Positions 14,179-24,707 of a DNA stretch of 64,000 nucleotides are shown here, one piece after another. Made by a program: the position numbers and the translations under genes. Source of the stretch: Peribolospora baueri (lineage: Eukaryota); NCBI GenBank assembly GCA_029717555.1, contig JAMDHS010000037.1, positions 124,001 through 188,000 on the forward strand, written 5' to 3'. The first letter of the stretch is position 1. Each line of letters begins with the position of its first letter. The notes below the pieces were generated by a model that ran no database searches, was not told the origin of the DNA, and saw nothing but the letters and a program-made list of their open reading frames with translations.

Positions 14179-17100
14179 ATGTCGTACTCGCCTGGATCGA
14201 AGGAGAACATGGCTCCAAGCGCTGTGGACGGTCCTGTGTAAGTCGGAGCGTCCAATATGGGTTGTGATATTTATTGTTTTAAGCCGGGTGCCAGGCTGAT
14301 GTTTTTGTGCCTTCTCTGCTCATCTCGCCTCGCCTCTCCTCGGTTTCAGCGCGAAGGAGGAGGCCTCTCCGCCCATGCCGAAGAAGAGGCGGTTGGCAAA
14401 GCAAGCATCCGGGAGCTCGTTTTCCCAAGCCGGTCCATCATTTACCGAGACTCTGGAAAAGCTCAAAGATGAGACGGAGGCGACCGGAGGTGAGCTTTTT
14501 GTGGCTCGCCCGTCTGACTCGCGTGATCGCGTCAACGCGTCGTTTTGCGAAATGTCATGACGATCTACCTTTCTTTCACTCTTACTTATCTACTTTCTCA
14601 TGTATTCGTTACGTTTGCGCATTTTTCTTTTGCAGAGGCCTTTGAGAGCAAACAGCAATGGGCTCGTCCGGCCTTGGACAAGATCGATCCCAAGACGGAC
14701 ATGATCAGTGAGGCATTTTCTATGTGCCTATCCCTTGCTGTGGACCGCGTCCGCCTGTTTCCTTTTTCAGCATCCTTCTGATGCCCCTCGTCCATGCCTG
14801 CTTTTGTCAAAAAGCTTTTCAGCAAATCGACATCGACGAGGACACCAGCGCTGGATCAGGACCGCTTTTGAGTGTCTTTGGTGTTACCAAGGCGAGCGTT
14901 TATCTTCTTCTCCTCCCCGAGAGACTACGGACTGTCACGTCTAAGCTACAGCTACGTATGCTGACCCGGGATTATTCGCACACCTCTCTCTTCGGGCTCG
15001 CAGAAAGGTCACTCCGTTCTCGCCCACGTGCACAACTTCCAGCCGTATTTCTACGTCGCCGCCAACCCAGGCATACGAGCGCAAGATTGTAGGGACTTCA
15101 TGAACAGTCTCAACGTGAGTTTTACTCGGTCTTGTGCGCATGCCCTCACGTCGCTGTAGAGCTTGAGCTGTACCTGGAATTCCCTCTGTCAACAGTCTTC
15201 GCTCTCTGCCGGCCGCGTCGTCACCGACATCCAAATCATGAAACGCAAATCTCTCTGGGGCTATCTCGGTGACGACGACGTGCCCTTCCTTAAAATCATC
15301 GTCACCGATTCTCGGGCCCTCCCCAAAGTTCGCGGCGCGTTCGAACGCGGTGAGGTCAAGTTTCGGGACATCTATGAACCTGGTATCGAGACCATGACGT
15401 ATGAGAGTAATATTCCCTACGTCCTAAGGTTCATGATTGATCACAAGGTGAGTCCCGGTGGACGGGTTCTTACGAAGATTGCTAGGAGAGAGCATTGACT
15501 GAGGTGCTTGGTCCTTCCATTCGACAGATCGTGGGCATGAACTGGCTGCAGATCAGGGCGGGACAGTATTCTCTGCGCCAAGAGCAGGCGAAAGTTTCCC
15601 ATTGCCAGATCGAGCTGGATTGCAAGTGAGTGTTTGACCATGGTCAGAGCCGCGCTTTCCTCGGAAGGGGTCACTGAAGCATTTCTCGTCATCCGGATAT
15701 TTTTCACAACGTTTTGTCGCCATGTCTTCAGCTGCGATGCCCTCATCTCTCACCTGGCCGATGGGGAATGGGCCGACGTCGCGCCGCTGCGCATTCTCAG
15801 CTTCGACATCGAATGCGCCGGCCGCAAGGGCATCTTCCCAGAAGCCCAGCAGGACCCCGTCATCCAGATCGCCAACATGGTCACCCGACAGGGCGAGAGC
15901 AAGCCATTCATCCGCAACGTCTTTACGCTCAATACGTGTTCGCACATTGTAGGCACGCAGGTGCTCGAGTTCAGGACCGAGCAGGCCCTTTTCTCCCAAT
16001 GGCGGAAATTCGTTGAGGAGGTCGACCCGGACGTCATCATCGGGTACAACATCGCGAACTTCGACTTTCCTTACCTTCTCGACAGGGCAAATGTGGTCAA
16101 AGCGACGGACTTCCCACATCTTGGCCGATTGAAGAGTGAGCGACGCAGTCGTGCCAGCCGCAAACGGTCCAGCTGACCATATCATATCTTGGCGGATATC
16201 CGCTTGGAATTGGGACGTTTGTTTCAGGAGTCAAAACCGAAGCCAAGGAGACACACTTCTCCTCGAAAGCCTACGGCACGCGTGACTCAAAAACGACGAA
16301 CACCGAAGGCCGGCTCCAGCTAGACATTCTCCAGCTCATGCAGCGAGACTACAAGCTGCGTAGCTACACGCTCAACTCTGTCTGTGCGCATTTCCTGGGA
16401 GAGCAGAAGGAGGACGTGCACCATTCGATGATTACTGAGCTTCAGAATGGCACACCGGAATCACGGAGACGTCTTGCCGTTTACTGTTTGAAAGTGAGTT
16501 GCTCCATCCTTTCTACTTTCTTCCTGTTGTGCACAAATCTCACGCATTCTCGTGCTTTCACGTTCCAGGACGCCTACCTTCCGCAGCGGTTGATGGATAA
16601 GCTAATGTGCTTCATCAACTACACGGAGATGGCGCGCGTTACGGGCGTCCCATTCGGTTACCTCCTCTCTCGGGGCCAACAAATAAAGGTTATCTCTCAG
16701 CTGTTCCGAAAAGCGAACGATGACGGCTATCTAGTCCCGGCGCTCAAGCAGGAGGGCAGTGACGAGCAATACGAAGGCGCTACGGTTATCGAGCCAAGGA
16801 AAGGGTACTATGACGTGCCCATCGCCACGCTCGACTTCAGCTCACTTTACCCGTCTATCATGATGGCACACAACTTGTGCTACACCACGTTGATCAGGCC
16901 CGAGATCGCTCAGAAACTCGGTCTGGTGAGAGGCCAGGACTACGTCGTCACACCAAACAACGGTCAGTCCTGCGAGCAGCGCCCTTTCCTTCCTGTGCAG
17001 TGCTGCAGTATTTCTTACTTGATGTCGCTTCTGTCATGTCGCAGACTGGTTCGTGACTGCCAAGAGACGAAAAGGTCTCCTGCCGACGGTCCTAGAAGAC

Positions 17101-18817
17101 CTTTTGGCAGCCAGAAAACGCGCCAAGGCAGACCTGAAGAACGAGACCGATCCATTCAAGCGAGCCGTGCTAGACGGTCGGCAGCTTGCTCTCAAGATCA
17201 GCGCCAACTCGGTGTACGGCTTTACGGGTGCGACGATCGGCAAGTTGCCGTGTCTACCCATCTCGATGAGCGTCACGGCGTACGGACGACAGATGATCGA
17301 GGAAACGAAGCGGCAGGTTGAGGCGAGATTCAACCCGGAAACGGACCCGCGGTACGAGCACAGGGCCGAAGTCATCTACGGCGACACCGACTCGGTCATG
17401 GTCAAGTTCGGCTGCAAGGACCTCGAGACGGCTATGAAACTGGGCGCCGAGGCGGCCGATTTCGTCACGCAGAAGTTCGTTAGGCCGATCAAGCTCGAGT
17501 TCGAAAAGGTGTACTTCCCTTACTTGCTCATCAGCAAGAAGCGGTACGCGGGACTCTATTGGACGCGCACGGACAAGTACGATAAGATGGACACGAAAGG
17601 TATAGAAGTGAGTGGCCTTTGGACACCACTCCCAGAATCAATTCTGTCACGTTCTGATTCAAGTATCATTTGTCTTCCCTCTCAGACTGTGCGACGCGAC
17701 AACTGCCGGCTGGTCCAGACGGTCATCGAGACCTGCTTGCACAAGATGCTCATCGACCGCGACGTCCGGGGTGCGGAAGAGTACACGAAACAGGTCATCT
17801 CGGACCTACTTCAGAACAAAATTGACATGTCCCAGCTCGTGATTACCAAGGCGCTCGCCAAGGCAGACTATGCCGCGAAGCAAGCGCACGTCGAGCTGGT
17901 GGAGAGGATGAAGAAGCGCGACGCTGGCTCGGCGCCTACGCTCGGTGATCGTGTGGCTTATGTCATTGTCAAAGGCGCCAAAGGTGAGGATCGCAGCTTG
18001 GTCGTTGAAGCTTCCATGGGATCGTGATGATCGCTGATTCGATTGGTTCACTCTCTGCGCTGGAATGCTCGTAGGCGCGGCTGCTTATGAGAAATCTGAA
18101 GATCCGATTTACGTTCTCGAGAACAACATTCCCATCGACACGAAGTACTATCTTGAGCAGCAGCTCTCTAAACCGTTGATGCGAATTTTTGAGCCTATTC
18201 TCGGCGAAAAGGCCTCTACTATATGTGAGCAAATGACCATGACCGCGTACGTGTTCGCAGCTCGGTTCATGTCTGCGGCATCTGATATACCACCGTGTAC
18301 GCGTTTCAGTGTCCGGGGATCACACCCGGACAATCCAGGTGGCGACGCCGACGGTGGGAGGCCTGATGAAGTTCGCCGTTCGCAAAGCTATGTGTCTAGG
18401 ATGTAGGAGTCCGTTAAAAGACGAGAGTGAGTGTTTCCTAAAGCACTCCTTTGACACTTTCGTAGTCGCTGACCGTATTCGTGTCCTCCATGACGCAGAC
18501 TCGCCGGTGTGTCGGAACTGCAAGGGCAGAGAAGCCGAGCTGTATCATCAGCAGCTCCAGCGAGCCTCATCACTCGAAGTGCGCTTTGCTCGTCTCTGGA
18601 CGTGCTGCCAGCGATGTCAGGGCTCTGTGACGCAGGATGTGCTCTGTACGAGCAAGGACTGCCCCATCTTCTACATGCGGAGTGAGTCGTGCAAGACGTT
18701 ACCTTACTCTAAACCCCCTTCTCACCTTCTCCTTTCCGCGTCCCTGTTGCAGAGAAAGCTCAGAAGGACGTGGCCGACGCGCAGGCCTCTCTAGAGCGGT
18801 TCGATGCGTCGTGGTGA
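14179..18817 (+). CDS. POL3: DNA polymerase delta catalytic subunit (spliced)
   Basis: Exo [11 protein letters not shown], Exo [13 protein letters not shown], region [20 protein letters not shown], region [21 protein letters not shown], region [11 protein letters not shown]-terminal CysA (CLGC...CRNC) and CysB (CQRC...CTSKDC). Stop TGA 18815-18817. The start ATG is inferred. Confidence 0.98.
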
Positions 18818-19133
18818 GGAGGAAATGGAGGGGTAGCGGATTTCCAGTATTCTTGTTCCGCCTCCTCCGTCGTCGTCGACATCACCTGCTTGTATAGTAG
18901 CTACCGTCATGCGGTCCAAGGAACCATCATATACCGAAGCAGCCTCGTACATCTTTGGCACTGGCGGTCTTCTGCTCCTTCTGGCCCCCGAGAGGCAGGA
19001 CCTGGGCGGAGGTGCCGAGCGGAGTGGGAAGTCCCAAGGTGAGGGAGACGCAAAGAACGTCCCGTCCAATTTTAGAGTAGAGGAAGGGTAAACTTCATAG
19101 TCAGGGTATAAAGTATACAGCTCCAAGTTCTAA

Positions 19134-20059
19134 CTAAGCCTTCGCATCCTTTTCCACCTTGGCCATGATTTCCTCCGCTTCCCTCGCCCACCGCTTCGTC
19201 TCCTCGCCCGCCTGACTGTGCACTTTGATCTCTCCAAAACGCCGTTTCCAAGTACGCCACCTTTGTAAAGAGTAATGCCAGTCCGAATCATCCGGATCGT
19301 GTACTTTGGCAGTCTCCCTCTTGCTGCAGTGGCGAAACAATAGTGGACCACTAAAACGGATCCATTCGGCCGCGACGGGAACGAGTCTGTCCAGCCTGGC
19401 ACCCAGCTTTTGGTATGCCCGGGCACGAGGGTCGGGCTCTTTTTCCTCAAGCGCTAAGCTCAAGGCCAGCGTGGCGTAATAGGTGCCATCGTAGAGGGGG
19501 TCGACGTCTCGAGTGAGGCGCATGGCGAAGCCGTGAAAACTTTCCCAGCGGTGACGATCTTCGTCGTCGTCACCGATTTCTGAAGGGATTAGTGGGCAAA
19601 CATGAGTGAGGGGAGAAGTGAAAGAGGCGAAGAAGAAGCAAACGTTGTGGGGAGGACTGGAGACTCACGGTGTATCTCTTCCGTCATAGTATGCCCCAGC
19701 AGCGGCAGATCATACCAAAGCATCATTTCATCTGTCCCCCAGATGACTACCCTCTCGCTTGGAAGATGGGCGAGCGTGTTGATCAACTCGACAAGCCTAT
19801 CTAGCGAGGGGTGCTCCCACGGAATCTGCCGTACCATTAAGGTGATGCATTCCCAAAACTCCAGGAGAAAACTCCCTGCATCCTCCTTTTTTTCTCCTTC
19901 CAATGCGGGACGATTGTCAGGGAAAAGACGGTTCAACTGCTGAGCGGCCGTCGTCGGCGAGACCGTGCTGGACGGCTGGAGATAGTCGTTGAGGATATCG
20001 AAATATTCTTGCTCGACGTGCCACTCATGGTCAGGGCGTTTGAAATGGAGATTCGCCAT
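19134..20059 (-). CDS. DUF3632-like uncharacterised fungal protein (2 exons)
   Basis: Exon 1 has FLLEFWECITLMVRQIPWEHPSLDRLVELINTL...WYDLPLLG. The GT-AG intron 19580-19668 (CTAAT branch) joins in frame to RWESFHGFAMRL...LALEE...VAAEWIRFSG...YSLQRWRTWKRRFGEI. This matches the DUF3632 pattern as I recall it. Confidence 0.8.
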
Positions 20060-20388
20060 GGGAGATGATCAACTGTGAAGGAAGGGTTCGGATGTGGTGG
20101 GAGAGAGACAAAGAACGGAGCGGGCGACATCGAAAAATATATAACTAGACTATTCATAAATCACTCCCGAGGCTGTGCTGTGTTCTCGAGTCACGGCGCC
20201 AACTCGAGTCACGACGTTTGAAATGGAGAGTCACCATGGGAGATCCACTGCGAAGGGAGGATTTGGATTTGGTGGAAAAGAGACAACCAGGAGCGAGCGA
20301 CGTTCGAAGTATGTAGCCAGACGAAGCATAAGATAGTCCCTCAGGCCGTGTTTCTCTAAGCATAAGATACTCCCGAGGCCGTCTTCGC
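20036..20388. repeat. Diverged tandem duplication (~180 bp period) of the DUF3632 start/promoter region
   Basis: CGTTTGAAATGGAG..CCATGGGAGAT..ACTG.GAAGG..GGAT.TGGTGG..AGAGACAA..GGAGCG.GCGAC occurs at ~20037 and again at ~20215. Confidence 0.85.
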
Positions 20389-20770
20389 TAGGCACTAGGC
20401 CAAGTGGAGTCACGCACGACGCCAGCTCTTCATACTGGAACGCCACCGTTGGCCAATGAACCTAAGAGGCTCTGTTGCTTTTGGAAGGCCCATATGTGAC
20501 TTGCAGGGTTCCTGTTCGTCATGCAGGGCATTTGCGCTGTTGACGAGAAAACCCAAAAATAAACAAATGAGCGACTCATTTTAGACAGTAGCATCACGAG
20601 CAGACGCCCACCTCATCATGTAGCAACCCTGAGCCTTCCGAAAAGCAAAGAGAAACTTCGCCTTGGCCTGACCTGAAAAAGGTTGGGAATTGCGCTTCTT
20701 GCGGGTGTCGACAGTGTCCCAACGAATAATCGCCTGAATAACATGAAATTGGCAAAGGCGAATGGGCATT

Positions 20771-21550
20771 TCAAACCCAAAAACTGAGGAAGACGAAGTC
20801 ATCAGTGTGACGAGGAGTTGTATTTCTAGACATGGCACTGAAGGGACACTTGCTTCTGCGGAGAGCATTGTATTCTGCTTGATCTTTGTCGATCATGGCA
20901 TGTCCAGGCATCCAGCCTTTCTCGGCAAATGGCTGTGCTCTCTTGACAATCTCCTCTTGAGATATACCCTTCACCTGACACTTGGAAGGATCTGAAAAAA
21001 CATTGTTCCAATCCTGGCCGCACCTCATCCTTGGTCCGGGATCCTACAGCCACCTTGCTTCCGCATCTATATCTTTGATTGCTGGCCAGGCCCCGAAAGA
21101 AAGTGAACAATTCATTTGGAGGAAGCAGGCAGTACACGTTAGGAAAAGAGGATGATAGGCTTGCAGGGGAGAATCGCAAATGATTTAAAAGAATAAGAGG
21201 TGAGGTTCGGGGATTGAGGGAAAAGAGGCAGGGATTCCGGGAGAAGAGGCGGGGATTCTGGGAGAAGAGGTAGGAATTCTGGGAAGAGAGGCGGGGATCG
21301 CGGATTGGGGAGCGCTCTTTATCGTGTCCTGGATGCGCGAGTTATTGCGCCAAAATGCAGGTCGTCGCCGAAATTGCTGCGGGTACAACAAAATTTCGGA
21401 CGCGAACCTGAGTTGCCCGCGCAGGATGACGACCACGTTATGATCTCGAAGCATATAGCTCCAATGCATACAGAGGTAAAGAGGATGCATAACAGAAGCG
21501 CTGTGTCCATCGCAATTGAAGAAACCGAAGGGCAACAAAACGAGACGCAT
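20771..21550 (-). pseudogene. Possible degenerate gene relic or orphan ORF with two in-frame stops
   Basis: ORFs 21185-21550 and 20771-21028 share one frame, broken by TAA (21185-21187) and TAG (21044-21046). No family recognised. Confidence 0.3.
21210..21296. repeat. 21-bp imperfect tandem repeat (~4 copies)
   Basis: GGGATT(C/G)..GG(AG/GA)AAGAGG(C/T)(A/G) units. On the minus strand they read IPASLPR/IPTSSPR/IPASSPG/IPASFPS. Confidence 0.85.
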
Positions 21551-21598
21551 GCGAGAGAAGAAAACACGAAGCCTGTGAATGTGCGGGCGCAGCGCATG

Positions 21599-24359
21599 CT
21601 ACTCCGGATCGAAAGCCTTCCGGTCAACTGGCTGGACCGGTTCGAGCCACTTCAAACAGCCTCTCGAGCAGCCTTGCCAGAGGATAGGCACGCGCTGGCT
21701 GCCTTCATCCACGTCGTAGCCCAGCCACTCCTCCCAGTCCATGTCGTCGTCGCCGTCGCGGCCGCCGCTAGGCAGGATCGTCTTCGTTGCGGTGTCCTCT
21801 TCCGTTGCGGATAGCGTCGGGTCGAGCTCGTCTGCGGGACGAAGAGGCGGGCTGGAGCCAACGACATTACATCCGCCAATTGTCGTAACCCACTCGAGAC
21901 GCTCCTCGACCGGGTTGAGAAACATCGGCCGTTCCGGCGGAAGATGGTGAGGTGCTGGGCACACGTTGAACCACGGATTCTCCGCCGCATCCTCGCCTGA
22001 GCCAAGTGACCTCCGTCTCTTTCCAGTCAGAGCGGCATCGATTTCGTCTTCGCTGTCTCGCCCTGAAGACGAGGAATCCTCCGAGTCCCACCCACGCCTC
22101 CCCTCCCAGGCCCACCTGCCGCGACCGCTTCTGCTCGGATCGGTCCAGCTCTTCGTCGCCGACCGCGCTGCGGCACCGAGGCGTAGACTGAGAGCCTCGG
22201 AAACGCGCAGATCGCCGGCGTCCGTGATGTCCGCTAGCATTGGCCTCTCCATCGCCATCGCTGGGTCTACTGACGCGAAAGATCGCGTGATCGAATTCAT
22301 CGAGCTGATGCTCGATTTGGACGACCTTGCGCCGTGACCACGAGAGAACGCCGTCGCCGCTTTCAAAGGGTCGACCTCGGGAGCGAGAAGGCGGCGAGCG
22401 GCCAACTCTTCTAGGCTTGAGACGCCACCACGCCTGATCCGAAGCTTACTAAGCAGCCGCGGCGGGCAGTCCTCATCGTCAAAACCCTCGATCTCCGCGA
22501 ACTTGGATGCAGTGGACTTTGCCAACTCGGCTTGACGTTGCCGCCGAGAGAGAGGCTTGAGGAACGGGTTGGGGAAGAGAACGATGATGTCGAGCTTGAG
22601 ATCTTGAATCGACGAGGGAAGATAACGCTGCGCAGCAGATAGAATGATCTAAATGTTAGTTTCGACGCCGATGAACGGATTGAAGGGAAATTTGACGGTA
22701 CCAGATTGTTACAGGCAACGTTCAGCTCCTTCAAGTTGACCAGCTCAGAGATGGCAGATGGCAGCCGCTCTATCTGGTTGTGACCTAACAAAAAGCGCAC
22801 ACAGGCCGGAGGCGTCAGCAAGCTGTCAGTCACATCGATTTTCGCCATGACAAGCTGTCAGTCCGTAAAAGCGCCAATGCGAATGCAACACTCACGAAGG
22901 CTCAATGCCTTCAGACCCTTGACCTCGAACAGAGCGCTGGGCAAACATGTGAGCATATTCTTCCCCAAATACAGCTCGATCTTGCTCCTGTCCCGGACAC
23001 GCTCATCGTCTTCAGCCGCAGAGCTTGTTCTGGACAGTCCAGCCCTAGGCGCAGAGGTCGTTCGGGCCAAGATAGACCTGTTTGATGGCAGCGGCGCACC
23101 TGTCGTCCCAAAAACCGCGGTCGAGGATGCAGCTCGAGCAAACGGGCGCGAGCCGAAGGAAGCCACTTGTGAAGGCGCGAAGGAGACGGAAGGTCTGGAC
23201 GTCGCGGGTGCGGAGCCAGCGGCGTTCGTATCCTCAAAAGGGGCGGTGGAACTATGCGATCGGGCGAATGCCCTGGTTTTTGCAGGGAGAGTGCCCGCGC
23301 TCCCAGAAGCCGACGCCTGAGCAGATGCCGAAGACGAGGGTGCCATGGACCGAGAGGAGACGGGAGATTCGAAATGAGATAACGAGTGCTTTGGTGCAAT
23401 GGTCACTAGATTCGCGAGGTCGGATATGACCGGGGGGATGCGCCTGATTCCGCTCTCCCTGTCATTCAACGAAGGAGCTGGGAGGGTCAGCATATATGCG
23501 GCTAGAACGAAACGCATAAAAACAACGACTAAGTGCCTCCTCACTCGAGATGAAAAATGGTCTCGACGTTGTCAATAGCCTTGCTGACCAGTCCGAACCA
23601 ATCGACTTCTCCCGGTCTGGGCGATCGCCTCTTCTTCGGTTTGCGGACTCGGGGCGTCACGATCTTGGTACCAAACACATCACGGCCGTCGCCTCCCTCA
23701 TCCAAGTCCATTAGCGCCTTCGCCCCGCGCGCTCTGGACGCCCCTTTCAACTTTGTGCCAGATGTCAGTTCCAACGGCGCTCCGAGCATACTGCGCGAGG
23801 CTGGAGTCAGGAATGGCGGGCTGCCTGAGGGTGAGTCTAGGGGAGAGTTGAAAGGGCTCGTCGGAGGACTGTGCCGTCGTCTACGCTGAGGTGTCGGGGG
23901 GCCGTGAGATGGGGAGCTGGCGCTAGCCAGGGAGAGGCCTCGAGCGGGCGAGGAGAGGAAGCTCTTGTGGCTAGTGGACAACTCCGGCTGGAGAGCCCGC
24001 GCTCCCGCCTGGTCGCCCGACTTTTCCACGTCAACGTCCGAGCTCGCTTCCTGGTCTTCTCTCCAGAAACAAAGCCTTTCCTTGCGAAAGTCCTTCCGAA
24101 TCGTCTGTTGCAGGGAGGCCTGGGGCGGAGTGTTTGGCAACGCTCGTTTGCCGCCAGCCTGCTGAGGCTGGAGTGGACTGCGGGGTGGTAGCCTGCCATC
24201 GACGCCAGCACCGCGTTGCTTCTCGTGGTAAAGCGGCCGTAAAACCCGTTGACTGGCGGATAATGGGTCCACGAGAATGGAGGGCGAAGCGGTGGGGTCG
24301 TAGTCAAATGACGTGGGCGAAGAAGTGGGGAGAAAGGGAGGAGATGATGAAGGCGACAT
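21599..24359 (-). CDS. Leucine-rich repeat protein with Ser/Pro-rich N-terminus (spliced)
   Basis: LRRs LYLGKNMLTCLPSALFEVKGLKALSLRHNQIERLPSAISELVNLKELNVACNNLRYLPSSIQDLKLDIIVLFPNPF are assembled across GT-AG introns. The start is taken at MSPSSSPPF (24359) and is inferred. Confidence 0.85.
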
Positions 24360-24707
24360 GGCGTGCGGCGGAGTCGTGTGCCGCCGTGTTCGCCGGCGAA
24401 TAGGACGAAAACCTGAGGGTGAGAAAAAATAGCCGAAAGCAGACCCGCCGGTGGATAACAACCGTACTCGAGCTGCTGTCGCCCCTTGGCGAGCGCTTGC
24501 TTCACCGTCGAAGCGTGGAGCAGAAGGGGGCGAAAATGGTGGTGAGAAAGAAGATGGACGACGGCCGGCTCGCCCGCGTCTCTTGACGCGATCGTGTCAG
24601 CCGAACAGCCGACGAGCCGAACGGCCGGCGCTCACGTCCGGCAACTCTTATCATCGGCTACTCGCTCGTAACCACCAACCTGGCTGTCCACGGCCCAACT
24701 GTCCGAC

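Noticed and set aside
18791..19126. 111-aa minus-strand ORF between POL3 and the DUF3632-like gene
   Set aside because: It has a non-ATG start, lies in convergent 3'UTRs and shows no recognisable features.
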